The notes below the pieces were generated by a model, which saw only the letters and a list, made by a program, of their open reading frames with translations, had not been told where the DNA came from and searched no databases. DNA of 64,000 nucleotides, taken from the NCBI GenBank assembly GCA_945285915.1, contig CALYQL010000010.1, forward strand, positions 9,104 through 73,103. The letters are read 5' to 3'. The DNA is from an uncultured Bartonella sp. GTDB taxonomy: Bacteria > Pseudomonadota > Alphaproteobacteria > Rhizobiales > Rhizobiaceae. The position numbers and the translations under genes are program-made. Shown piece by piece: positions 1-9,770 of the stretch; position 1 is the stretch's first letter, and the number at the start of each line of letters is the position of its first letter.

Positions 1-84
1 AAATAGTAATATGACAATTTTAAATAAAACTATTTGTTTTTTTTCACTTCCTTAATTTTCAAACATTTAACAATCAAAAAAGTT

Positions 85-1074
85 TCATGAGAGCTGACGT
101 AATGCGGCCTGCAGCTGTGCCATATCGTCGGGTAACGCGCTCTTGAAGCTCATAATTTTTCCATTTGATGGGTGTTCAAATGTGAGACTTGCTGCATGAA
201 GGGCTTGGCGAGAAAAATTTTCTACGACAGTTTTTATCGGTCCTGGTAGGCGATTTGCTTTTGTTTTGTAGGCACTTCCATATTCCATATCGCCAATTAA
301 AGGATGCCCAATATGCGCCATATGAACGCGAATTTGGTGGGTTCTTCCTGTTTCAAGGCGACATTCAATTAAACTCGCAATAGCAGAACTATCTTCTGAT
401 GCACCATATTTATTCAATAAGGTAAAATGTGTTATAGCATGGCGAGCATCGAGCTGTTCAGGGGAAACCACAGTTCTTTTGGTTCTATCTCGTGATGAGC
501 GTCCCAAATACGTGTCAATGACACCGGTGTTCCGGTCGGGAGTACCCCAAACAAATGCTTGGTAGGTGCGTTCCAATGCACCTGTTCTACCGTGATCAGC
601 AAATTGTTCGCATAAAGATTTATGGGCATTATCGTTTTTTGCCACGACCATTACACCGGTCGTATCTTTGTCCAAACGATGCACAATACCTGGTCGTCTC
701 ACCCCTCCAATACCCGACAGTGTATCTCCACAGTGATAGACAAGCGCATTAACCAATGTTCCCGTCCAGTTACCATTGCCAGGATGGACGACGAGGCCAG
801 AGGGTTTATTAATCACAATGACATCGTCATCTTCATACAGAATATCTAATGGAATTGCCTCACCCAATGGTTTAGCGGCTACGGGTTCTGGAAGTTCCAG
901 AACAATTTTTTCACCACCGCGTAATTTTGTTTTGGGTTCACGTATTTTTGCATTTCCAACTTTAACATGTCCGTCGCGGATAAGTGCTTGAATGCGGGAA
1001 CGTGACAGATCGGCTTCACATGTTTTTGCAAGCCAATGATCTATTCTTTGTCCAATTGCTGTTTCGTCAGTCAT
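85..1074 (-). CDS. rluD: RluD/RluA-family rRNA pseudouridine synthase (S4 domain plus catalytic domain)
   Basis: The ORF track gives 85..1137 (-). The translation has an S4-like N-terminus (RIDHWLAK..RSRIQALIRDGHVKVG) and the catalytic motif HRLDKDTTGVMVVAKN. I moved the start to the ATG at 1074 (MTDETAIG) because the upstream gene's hairpin terminator (1129-1160) lies inside the longest ORF. Confidence 0.85.
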   Translation of the reverse strand: MTDETAIGQRIDHWLAKTCEADLSRSRIQALIRDGHVKVGNAKIREPKTKLRGGEKIVLELPEPVAAKPLGEAIPLDILYEDDDVIVINKPSGLVVHPGNGNWTGTLVNALVYHCGDTLSGIGGVRRPGIVHRLDKDTTGVMVVAKNDNAHKSLCEQFADHGRTGALERTYQAFVWGTPDRNTGVIDTYLGRSSRDRTKRTVVSPEQLDARHAITHFTLLNKYGASEDSSAIASLIECRLETGRTHQIRVHMAHIGHPLIGDMEYGSAYKTKANRLPGPIKTVVENFSRQALHAASLTFEHPSNGKIMSFKSALPDDMAQLQAALRQLS

Positions 1075-1128
1075 TAATTCTATCAAGGCATATCCTGTAC
1101 GGCTAAAGAGATGATAAGTACAATAAAT

Positions 1129-1160
1129 TTCCGACAACAGATATATGTCTATTGTCGGAA
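1129..1160 (-). terminator. Intrinsic-terminator-like hairpin downstream of the aldehyde dehydrogenase gene
   Basis: TTCCGACAACAGA-tatatg-TCTATTGTCGGAA forms a 13-bp stem with one mismatch. It begins 14 nt past the stop at 1174. On the minus strand it is followed by ATTTATT. Confidence 0.6.
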
Positions 1161-1173
1161 AATCTAATTATAT

Positions 1174-2604
1174 CTAGAATCTTGATACAGCCTTTGTATC
1201 AAGAAATTCTTTAATTCCCCAAAGACCACCTTCACGTGCACGGCCGGAAGATTTGACACCACCAAAATAACTTCCATTTGGTAAGCCATGACCATTTATT
1301 TCTATCATACCGGCACGAAGAGCCTTCGTTAAACGTTGGCATCTTTTCATATCTTGCGATTGAATATAGTTGGTTAATCCATAATTTGTGTCATTAGCCA
1401 TTGCTATGGCTTCTTCCTCGCTATCAAAAGGGATCATTGATAGAACAGGACCAAAAATTTCTTCCCGGAAAATACGCATGTCAGGTGTAACATCAGCAAA
1501 TACTGTCGGACGTACGAAATACCCTCTATTTATTCCAGATGGTAAACCTGTGCCGCCAGCCAGCAATGTTGCACCTTGATCGATACCTGATTGGATTAAA
1601 TCCTGAATCTTATCAAATTGCGTTTTTGAAACAACCGGCCCCAGATGGTTGCCATGTTTATTTGCGGGTGCCAATTCTATACTATTCGCGACAGTTTTGG
1701 CGATTTCCATTGCTTTTTTATAGAATGAACGCTCCACAAACATACGTGTTGGTGCTTTACAACTCTGCCCACTATTACTGTAACAATAACGTACACCACG
1801 TTCTACCGCTTGTTCATCAGCATCGGCAAAAACCAGATTGGCTCCTTTGCCTCCTAATTCAAGACATACGCGCTTTAAAGTATCGGCAGCATTTTTCGAT
1901 ATTGCTTTTCCTGCCCTTGTAGAACCAGTAAAGCTTATCATTTCAATATCAGGATGTGCTGATAAATGACTACCCACTCTTGCACCATCGCCATTTACCA
2001 AATTGAAGACACCGGCGGGTAAACCAACTTCATCGATAATTTCAGCAAAAATCAAACAAGAGAGTGGTGCAATTTCTGAAGGTTTGAGAACCAATGTACA
2101 ACCAGCGAGCAAGGCAGGAATAACCTTTAACGTCATTTGGTTCATTGGCCAGTTCCATGGTGTGATCAGGCCCACCACACCAATAGGGTCATATTCTAAT
2201 GAGGCCTCGTTATCATCAGCTACAAGATTGGTTTGAAACGCAAATTTACGAAAACTGTCAATGAATATTTCAATATTTTCTGCGCCTGCAGCGGTTTGAT
2301 GTTTTAGAGCCATATCTATTGGCGCCCCCATTTCGATAGAAATGGTCTTGGCGATTTCTTCTGAACGAGCCTTATATAAGGCCAGTATTTTTTCTACGTA
2401 AGCCAGACGTTTTTCAGGCGAGGTATTTTTCCAACCTTCAAATGCAGCTTTCGCTGCAGCTACAGCGCGATCTGCATCTTTTGCCCCACCATTACTAATT
2501 GTAGCACATACTTCTTCCGTTGATGGATCAATTACATCCAGATCAATGCCGTCAATTGGATCAACCCAGGCACCATCAATATAAAATTTGCGTGTATTGC
2601 GCAT
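1174..2604 (-). CDS. NAD(P)-dependent aldehyde dehydrogenase family protein
   Basis: The 476-aa ORF carries ALDH hallmarks: ITPWNWP, FTGSTRAGK, LELGGKGA, a catalytic-Cys region SGQSCKAP, and EEIFGPV. A GGAG SD (complement of 2611-2614) precedes the ATG at 2604. Confidence 0.9.
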   Translation of the reverse strand: MRNTRKFYIDGAWVDPIDGIDLDVIDPSTEEVCATISNGGAKDADRAVAAAKAAFEGWKNTSPEKRLAYVEKILALYKARSEEIAKTISIEMGAPIDMALKHQTAAGAENIEIFIDSFRKFAFQTNLVADDNEASLEYDPIGVVGLITPWNWPMNQMTLKVIPALLAGCTLVLKPSEIAPLSCLIFAEIIDEVGLPAGVFNLVNGDGARVGSHLSAHPDIEMISFTGSTRAGKAISKNAADTLKRVCLELGGKGANLVFADADEQAVERGVRYCYSNSGQSCKAPTRMFVERSFYKKAMEIAKTVANSIELAPANKHGNHLGPVVSKTQFDKIQDLIQSGIDQGATLLAGGTGLPSGINRGYFVRPTVFADVTPDMRIFREEIFGPVLSMIPFDSEEEAIAMANDTNYGLTNYIQSQDMKRCQRLTKALRAGMIEINGHGLPNGSYFGGVKSSGRAREGGLWGIKEFLDTKAVSRF

Positions 2605-2835
2605 AATAAGCTCCTTAACAAATATGCAGGAAGTTTAGAAAAATGTTTTGAAAAAACAATATGAAAACGATTTTATAACGCTATCTATTAGCAGAAAAAG
2701 AAGGGGGTCATATTTAAGATACGTAATAAATGTAATCAAATTCTATTAAAGCTTAATTTAGCATATATCGACACAATTTCATATAAAATATATATGTATT
2801 TTTAGCGCTTAAAGAAATTAATTTAACAAGAAAAA

Positions 2836-3420
2836 TTATTTATTTTTAGAGTTTTTTATTTTACACTTGGAAGGCGGTATTTCTATCTGATAATTATAAT
2901 TATCGATTTGTAAAAATATTATGTAATGAAGAACTCTCATATCAATATAGTCTTTGTATTGTTTCCTGTAAGGTAGGTCATTTTCCAAATCAAGAATTTT
3001 GCAATATTGCGCTAGATGACTTGCTATATATTGGGATGCAGCATTTTCTGTATCTCCTCCATTTGTATTTTTAGCAGAATTATCGTCTATAATGACATAT
3101 AATATAATTGAATTTTGACGAACTTTTGCCTGTGTCAGCTTGCTACCCTCCAATTGTATGGGAGCATTTTTAAGCTGCTGATCGATTTGCTTTTGCCTTT
3201 TTGCCAAATCAATGAAGGGCTGAATTGGGCTCACACTATCGCTTTGAAAGGCATATAAAGCCATCATTGCTAATGCACCTGTGAAGATAACCATTAGCTT
3301 TTGCGGTATTTTGAGAATGCGCATAATGAATGAAAATATCATGAGCGCAATAATAATAAGGGAAACGGAAATGGCTGTCCCATATTCATCAAAAGGCAAA
3401 ATGTAGATCAGTTCTTCCAT
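2836..3420 (-). CDS. Hypothetical membrane protein (two N-terminal hydrophobic helices, K/N/I-rich soluble C-terminus)
   Basis: This 194-aa ORF is the only long ORF in a markedly AT-rich 1.2-kb gap. It has hydrophobic stretches AISVSLIIIALMIFSFIM and LMVIFTGALAMMALYAF. I recognise no family motif. Confidence 0.5.
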   Translation of the reverse strand: MEELIYILPFDEYGTAISVSLIIIALMIFSFIMRILKIPQKLMVIFTGALAMMALYAFQSDSVSPIQPFIDLAKRQKQIDQQLKNAPIQLEGSKLTQAKVRQNSIILYVIIDDNSAKNTNGGDTENAASQYIASHLAQYCKILDLENDLPYRKQYKDYIDMRVLHYIIFLQIDNYNYQIEIPPSKCKIKNSKNK

Positions 3421-3835
3421 GGGGCTCCCGTTTTGTAAACCTAATGAGATGAAATATATTGCCTAATTTTGCAAAGAAAAGATAATTATCCGGCTTATAA
3501 AAATTGACATATGAAATTATCAATGACCGTGAAAAGCTGCCGGTAATGATCGTCATTTTATTACATCCAAATTGTTGACCATGGGGCTATTTGCCCTACT
3601 TCAAAAGCGTTATCGCCAGTCTTGAGCACTCTATTTTTGCCGCTTGTTTCTAAGAGTTGAATTCATATCAGGGCCAATTCGTCCATGTGAATTTGATTTT
3701 TGAATGGAAACAAATGTTATCCGACAGAAAGGGTGTTGTCGTTTGGCATGAAAAGATCTTGATCCCAATAGGTTCTCTATCCGCGTTCAAGAAAAATATA
3801 TTTTGCATAATGTATTTGAGAGGAAGGAAGACCAT

Positions 3836-5311
3836 ATGTCCGATGCGACACAGCAACCACTTACAGTTAAAGATATTCCGATTGTTGGTAATCAAGAGTT
3901 ACGCAAAGTCATTTGTGCTTCTGGTTTAGGCAATGCTATCGAATGGTTTGATTTTAGTGTTTATGGCTTTTTAGCTGTTGTGATAGGGAAGACATTTTTT
4001 GCTTCAGCACCATCATCAGTGCAGCTTATTGCATCACTTGCAACATTTTCTATCCCGTTCTTATTCCGTCCTTTGGGAGGAGCTGTCTTTGGTTATTTGG
4101 GAGATAAATACGGACGTAAGAATATATTGTCATTTACTATTATTCTTATGTCGGCGAGTACATTTTTTATCGGTCTTATTCCATCATACGACACAATAGG
4201 TGTGTTGGCTCCTATACTATTATTATTGGCAAAAATTATTCAAGGTTTATCGGTCGGTGGAGAATATGCGGGAGCGGTGGTTTTCGTTAGTGAATATTCG
4301 CCTGATCGTAAACGTGGTTTTTTAGCAAGCTGGTTGGATTTTGGTTCCATCGCTGGTTTTCTTGTGGGCGCTATTGTCGTTTCATTGATTTCATTTGTTT
4401 TAGGGCAAGAATTGATGAACGAATGGGGATGGCGCATTCCGTTTTTTGTATCTTTACCACTCGGATTGGTGGGACTTTATTTGAGAAAGTCGCTGGATGA
4501 ATCGCCAACTTACGAAGCTCAAAACAACAGTGAAACCGAGTTGGAACCTACAATTTCTATGGGCGCGATTTTTCACGACAATCTAAAAGGCATATTGGTC
4601 AGTTGTTTGTTAGTCATAGCAACCAATTCTACCTATTATATGCTTTTAACCTATATGCCCAACTATCTCTCTGTAAATCTTGGTTACAGTTATAATCATG
4701 GTGTGTTGATTATTATTATCGTTATGGTTTTTATGCTTTTTTTGCAGCCATTTATTGGTTTTTTAAGTGATAGGATAGGGCGCAAGCCTTTTCTATATTT
4801 GGGATCAATTGCGCTTCTCGCTTTGGCAATTCCTGCTTTTTATATGATTGGGCATTCCAATATCATTTTCATAATAGTGGGTATTGCAATTCTAGCTATA
4901 ACTCTTTGTTGTTTTACCGGTGTAATGGCATCTATTCTTCCTGCACTCTTTCCTACAGAGGTTCGGTTTAGAACCTTAGCTATCTGCTTTAATATTGCTG
5001 TTTTAATAGCTGGGCTTACACCGCCAATAGCTGCTTGGTTGGTGGAAACGTTTCATTCCTTATACATGCCGGCATATTATCTTATCATTGTCGCTATCTT
5101 TGGCTTAATAGCAGCAATTAGCGTTCCTGAAACAGCAAATAGACCTTTGAAAGATGCAACGCCGGTTGCATCTTCACGGTCCGAAGCAAAAGAAGTTTTA
5201 CAAGAACATTTTGATAATATCGAAGATCAGGTTAATGCTATTGAAGAGCAAATATCTGACTTGGAAGAACAAAGACAAAATCTTGTAGATCAGCATCCAA
5301 AATTAAACTAG
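3836..5311 (+). CDS. proP: MFS transporter, ProP-like proline/betaine:H+ symporter with C-terminal coiled coil
   Basis: The ORF track gives 3803..5311. I chose the ATG at 3836 because it is preceded by the SD AGGAAGGAAG (3821-3830). There are 12 hydrophobic segments, the MFS motif GDKYGRK, and a heptad-like acidic tail (IEDQVNAIEEQISDLEEQRQNLVDQ) like the ProP osmosensory coiled coil. Confidence 0.8.
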   Translation: MSDATQQPLTVKDIPIVGNQELRKVICASGLGNAIEWFDFSVYGFLAVVIGKTFFASAPSSVQLIASLATFSIPFLFRPLGGAVFGYLGDKYGRKNILSFTIILMSASTFFIGLIPSYDTIGVLAPILLLLAKIIQGLSVGGEYAGAVVFVSEYSPDRKRGFLASWLDFGSIAGFLVGAIVVSLISFVLGQELMNEWGWRIPFFVSLPLGLVGLYLRKSLDESPTYEAQNNSETELEPTISMGAIFHDNLKGILVSCLLVIATNSTYYMLLTYMPNYLSVNLGYSYNHGVLIIIIVMVFMLFLQPFIGFLSDRIGRKPFLYLGSIALLALAIPAFYMIGHSNIIFIIVGIAILAITLCCFTGVMASILPALFPTEVRFRTLAICFNIAVLIAGLTPPIAAWLVETFHSLYMPAYYLIIVAIFGLIAAISVPETANRPLKDATPVASSRSEAKEVLQEHFDNIEDQVNAIEEQISDLEEQRQNLVDQHPKLN

Positions 5312-5341
5312 CAACCGCAAAAGCTTCAGGTGTTTTCTCTT

Positions 5342-5812
5342 TTAGCGCCTGAAGCCAGCATCAACAACATTTTGCATTACGACAAAAGTTGACGTGCTTG
5401 CAACATAAGGGAGAGTAGAAATTTTTTCTCCCAAAACAATGCGATAGCGTTTTATATCGCTGGTTCTAACTTTCAACAAATAATCAAATGAGCTGGCAAT
5501 CATATGGCATTCTTCAACTTCGCGGATTTTTTTTACTGCTGTATTAAATGCGGTTAAAGCTTCTTCACGCGTGTCAGAAAGTTTTACTTCAGCAAATGCT
5601 ATATGATCCATTCCCATTTTGGCGGGATTAAGAACTGCGCGAAAACCAGTAATATACCCATCATTGATAAGTCTTTTCAGACGCAATTGGCATGGTGTTT
5701 TAGATAACCCAACTTTTTCCGATAGCTCGGTTATGGATATACGGCCATTTTCAACCAAAGCATCAATAATGCGATTATCTATTCGGTCAATTTCACTATT
5801 AGAACTCGACAT
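5342..5812 (-). CDS. putR: Lrp/AsnC-family transcriptional regulator, PutR-like (divergent from putA)
   Basis: The 156-aa ORF has an N-terminal HTH (LDRIDNRIIDALVENGRISITELSEKVGLSKTPCQLRLKRL) and a C-terminal AsnC-type ligand domain. It is divergent from putA, as in alphaproteobacterial put loci. Confidence 0.8.
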   Translation of the reverse strand: MSSSNSEIDRIDNRIIDALVENGRISITELSEKVGLSKTPCQLRLKRLINDGYITGFRAVLNPAKMGMDHIAFAEVKLSDTREEALTAFNTAVKKIREVEECHMIASSFDYLLKVRTSDIKRYRIVLGEKISTLPYVASTSTFVVMQNVVDAGFRR

Positions 5813-5972
5813 TTATGTAAAAAATCCTAAAACAGTATAAAAATACAAGAAAATTACCTAATAAATATCTATTTTTCTGCGAGATGTAAACTATTCGCGG
5901 TGATATGATTGTCAATCTATGCAGCCTTTAGGTTGCGAATGTGCATTAGCCATCCAGAGTGGAAAGATAATT

Positions 5973-8900
5973 ATGACCAGAGCATCAAAGCCTTTTGCTG
6001 AATTTGCCCCTCCAATCTCTAAACAGAGCGAATTACGCCAAAAAATTACGGCAGCCTATCGCCGTCCAGAAACGGAATGTCTCAAACCGTTGTTAGAGGC
6101 AGCAACAATTGATGACGCTACAAAAAGAAAGATCGCCGATACAGCGCGTCGTCTTATTGAAACTATGCGTGCTAAATATAAAGGTAATGGCGTAGAAGGA
6201 TTAGTGCATGAATATTCCTTATCGTCTCATGAAGGCATTGCGCTTATGTGCCTTGCAGAAGCACTATTGCGCATACCAGATAAGGCCACCAGAGATGCGC
6301 TTATCCGTGATAAGGTTGCAGGCGGTGATTGGAACTCCCATTTGGGGGGTGGAAAATCTCTTTTTGTAAATGCCGCAACTTGGGGTCTCGTTATTACGGG
6401 AAAATTTACAAAAAAATTCAACCCTGATGAACTATCTTCCGCGTTAGGTAAACTTGTTGCACGGTGTGGAGAACCAGTCATTCGTAAGGGCGTGGATATG
6501 GCCATGCGTATGATGGGAGAACAGTTTGTACGTGGAGAAACCATAGAGGAAGCAATACAACGTTCCAAACCGTTGGAAGAACGAGGTTTTCGTTATTCCT
6601 ATGATATGCTTGGTGAAGCAGCCACGACAGCGGAAGATGCTGACCGTTATTATCGCGATTATGAAAATGCAATTCATGCGATTGGTAAAGCTTCCAATGG
6701 TCGTGGCGTTTATGAAGGACCGGGCATTTCCATTAAATTATCAGCATTGCATCCGCGTTATTTCCGTTCGCAAGCCGATCGGGTGATGGGTGAATTGATG
6801 CCGCGCGTCAAACAATTGGCTGTGCTTTGTAAAAACTACAATATTGGTCTCAATATTGATGCAGAAGAAGCAGACCGGTTGGAACTGTCGCTTGATATTA
6901 TGGATAGTCTTTGTTTTGACAAAGACCTTGAAGGTTGGAATGGTATTGGATTTGTTGTTCAGGCCTATGGTCGGCGTTGTCCATTCGTTCTTGATTATTT
7001 GATTGATCTTGCACGCCGGAGCCACCACCGCTTGATGGTTCGTTTGGTTAAAGGTGCCTATTGGGACGCAGAAATCAAACGCGCACAAATTGATGGATTG
7101 GAAGGGTTTCCAGTCTATACGCGCAAAGTCTATACGGATGTGTCTTATGTGGCAAATGCGCGTAAATTACTTGCAGCACAGGATGCAGTATTTCCACAAT
7201 TTGCAACGCATAATGCGCAAACAATGTCAACAATTTATCATCTGGCAGGACCAGATAACTACAAAGTAGAGCAATTTGAATTTCAGTGCCTGCACGGTAT
7301 GGGTGAACCGCTTTATGATGAAGTTGTGGGTCAAGACAAAATGCAGCGTCCTGCTCGCATTTATGCGCCTTGCGGCACACATGAAACCTTACTTGCTTAT
7401 CTCGTGCGTCGATTGCTTGAAAATGGCGCAAACTCTTCCTTTGTTAATCGGATTTCCGATAAGTCCATTTCTGTTGAAGAGATGATTGTTGATCCAGTAG
7501 ATGTTGTCCGTGCTATGCCCGTTGTTGGCGAACAACATGAAAAAATTGCAGCACCTAAGGATATGTTTGGCGAAAAACGCCCTAATTCTAGCGGTTATGA
7601 TCTATCAAATGAAACTGTTTTGGCGCACCTTACGGAAGAATTCCAGAAAAGTTCTGATGTCAAATGGGTATCAGCGCCTGCCAGTGCTAAAAAGGGACAA
7701 AAAGGGCGTCCCGTTGTTAATCCTGGCGATCACCTTGATGTGGTTGGGGAAGTTATCGAAGTAACCGAAAAAGATGCGGAACAAATGGTAGCTTCGGCTG
7801 CTAAGGCTTGTGCCGCATGGGCTAAAGTTCAACCTTCAAAACGGGCTGATATATTGGATAAGGCTGCAGACATTATGCAGTCTCGTATGCCGACATTGCT
7901 TGCCTTGGCTGCACGTGAGGCAGGCAAATCAATACCGAATTCTATTGCAGAAGTTCGTGAGGCTATTGATTTCTTGAGATTTTATGCCGCGGAAGTTCGT
8001 GAAACATTCAAAGGAAACGAAACACCACTGGGACCGGTGGTTTGTATCAGCCCATGGAACTTCCCATTGTCCATTTTTATAGGACAAGTTTCAGCCGCGC
8101 TGGTTGCAGGAAATACAGTTCTTGCTAAACCTGCCGAAGAAACACCACTAATTGCTGCTGAAGGCGTTCGTATCCTTCACGAAGCAGGCATACCACAAGA
8201 AGTGTTACAGCTTGTGCCTGGTGACGGTAAAATTGGTGCTGCTCTTGTTGCGGCAAAAGAGACATCGGGCGTTATGTTTACTGGTTCAACAGATGTCGCG
8301 CGGCTTATTCAAGCAGAGCTTGCAAAACGTGTAACATCCGAGGGTAAGCCAATTCCACTTATTGCGGAAACAGGTGGTCAAAATGCCATGATCGTAGACT
8401 CGTCCGCTTTGGCAGAACAGGTTGTGGGAGATGTTATTGCATCGGCTTTTGATAGTGCAGGGCAAAGATGTTCCGCATTAAGAGTATTGTGCTTGCAGGA
8501 AGATGTCGCGGATCGTACACTTGAGATGTTAAAAGGTGCAATTCGTGAACTACGACTAGGACGCACAGATTTTATCGGTACCGATGTCGGTGCCGTTATT
8601 ACCCAAGAAGCAAAAGACAATATCGACACCCATATCGAAACGATGCATGCTATGGGGCATAAAGTAACCCAACTTCCATTGGGAGAAGGGACTGAAAACG
8701 GTACATTTGTTGCTCCGACAATTATCGAGCTTGAAAATGTTAAGCAGTTAAAGCGCGAAGTCTTTGGTCCAGTATTGCATGTTGTCCGCTTCAAAAGAGA
8801 AGAACTCGATCAGCTCATAGATGATATCAATGCTTCAGGATATGGTCTGACATTTGGTTTACACACACGGCTTGATAATGTTGTTGACCATGTTACCAAG

Positions 8901-9641
8901 CGTATCAAAGTGGGTAACATCTATGTAAACCGCAATATTATTGGTGCTGTCGTTGGATCGCAGCCTTTTGGCGGTCGCGGTTTGTCGGGTACGGGACCAA
9001 AAGCTGGTGGATCACTTTACCTTAGTCGTTTGGTCCATGGTAAGCCAAAACTCAATCTGCCACATTCCGACATCCCAAATAATGTACTTATGGAATTTTC
9101 CAAATGGTTATCAAATGAAGGCAAATCTGATGATGCTTCATTTGCTAGGAATATTGCGGTTCAATCTTTGGTGGGGACAGATGTTGAACTTCCAGGTCCT
9201 GTTGGCGAAGATAATCATTACGCCTTTCACCCACGCGGACGTATTCTTCTGTTCCCATCTACAGAGACAGGCCTATATCGGCAGATAGCATGTGTTTTGG
9301 CGACGGGAAATATCGGTGTTATTGACGCGTCATCTATGTTGCAAAAGTCATTGTCAAACTTGCCAGAGATCATCTCCTCACGATTGATCTGGACAGAAAA
9401 CTATGACGCCGATGGTCCTTATGCAGGATGCTTGATAGAAGGCGATGTAGAACGCGTTAAAAAACTTCAATCAATAATTATAAGAATCGCTGGTCCACTT
9501 GTATTGACGCAAGCGGCTTCAAGTGAAGCTTTGGTGGCAGATGATGTCCCTTATAATTTGAATTTTATGGTTGAAGAAGTGTCAACATCAATTAACACCG
9601 CTGCAGCTGGTGGAAATGCAAGATTAATGGCGATTGGTTGA
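5973..9641 (+). CDS. putA: Bifunctional proline dehydrogenase / L-glutamate-gamma-semialdehyde (P5C) dehydrogenase PutA
   Basis: The ORF track gives 5919..9641. I chose the ATG at 5973 after GGAAAG. The protein is about 1220 aa, with a proline dehydrogenase half (VRLVKGAYWD, FATHNA) and an ALDH half (FTGSTDVA, ETGGQNAMIVD, GQRCSALR). I see no N-terminal RHH domain, which is consistent with a separate PutR regulator. Confidence 0.95.
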   Translation: MTRASKPFAEFAPPISKQSELRQKITAAYRRPETECLKPLLEAATIDDATKRKIADTARRLIETMRAKYKGNGVEGLVHEYSLSSHEGIALMCLAEALLRIPDKATRDALIRDKVAGGDWNSHLGGGKSLFVNAATWGLVITGKFTKKFNPDELSSALGKLVARCGEPVIRKGVDMAMRMMGEQFVRGETIEEAIQRSKPLEERGFRYSYDMLGEAATTAEDADRYYRDYENAIHAIGKASNGRGVYEGPGISIKLSALHPRYFRSQADRVMGELMPRVKQLAVLCKNYNIGLNIDAEEADRLELSLDIMDSLCFDKDLEGWNGIGFVVQAYGRRCPFVLDYLIDLARRSHHRLMVRLVKGAYWDAEIKRAQIDGLEGFPVYTRKVYTDVSYVANARKLLAAQDAVFPQFATHNAQTMSTIYHLAGPDNYKVEQFEFQCLHGMGEPLYDEVVGQDKMQRPARIYAPCGTHETLLAYLVRRLLENGANSSFVNRISDKSISVEEMIVDPVDVVRAMPVVGEQHEKIAAPKDMFGEKRPNSSGYDLSNETVLAHLTEEFQKSSDVKWVSAPASAKKGQKGRPVVNPGDHLDVVGEVIEVTEKDAEQMVASAAKACAAWAKVQPSKRADILDKAADIMQSRMPTLLALAAREAGKSIPNSIAEVREAIDFLRFYAAEVRETFKGNETPLGPVVCISPWNFPLSIFIGQVSAALVAGNTVLAKPAEETPLIAAEGVRILHEAGIPQEVLQLVPGDGKIGAALVAAKETSGVMFTGSTDVARLIQAELAKRVTSEGKPIPLIAETGGQNAMIVDSSALAEQVVGDVIASAFDSAGQRCSALRVLCLQEDVADRTLEMLKGAIRELRLGRTDFIGTDVGAVITQEAKDNIDTHIETMHAMGHKVTQLPLGEGTENGTFVAPTIIELENVKQLKREVFGPVLHVVRFKREELDQLIDDINASGYGLTFGLHTRLDNVVDHVTKRIKVGNIYVNRNIIGAVVGSQPFGGRGLSGTGPKAGGSLYLSRLVHGKPKLNLPHSDIPNNVLMEFSKWLSNEGKSDDASFARNIAVQSLVGTDVELPGPVGEDNHYAFHPRGRILLFPSTETGLYRQIACVLATGNIGVIDASSMLQKSLSNLPEIISSRLIWTENYDADGPYAGCLIEGDVERVKKLQSIIIRIAGPLVLTQAASSEALVADDVPYNLNFMVEEVSTSINTAAAGGNARLMAIG

Positions 9642-9681
9642 TATTATCAATCATCTCGTCAGAATTTTTTAACCATATAAA

Positions 9682-9713
9682 AGCCACTCGTTCATCTTCG
9701 GGTGGCTTTTTTG
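9682..9713 (+). terminator. Intrinsic terminator after putA
   Basis: AGCCACTCG-ttcatctt-CGGGTGGCT forms a 9-bp stem with one G:U pair, followed by TTTTTT. Confidence 0.8.
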
Positions 9714-9770
9714 TGACTCTTATCAAATTTGGCAAAAGGTTATTAACTTTCACAATTTAACGTCTGGCCA

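Noticed and set aside
3657-3929. These are ORFs of 90 aa (+) and 75 aa (-) overlapping the proP-like start region.
   Set aside because: Both overlap the SD and start of the well-supported transporter gene and have no recognisable features.
9669-9761. These are CtrA-like motifs upstream of ftsK: TTAACCAT at 9669-9676, and TTAAC...TTAAC at 9743-9761.
   Set aside because: The TTAACCAT 8-mer lies upstream of the putA terminator, not in the ftsK promoter. The paired TTAA sites are spaced N10 rather than the canonical N7. TTAA-rich strings are also expected by chance in AT-rich DNA.
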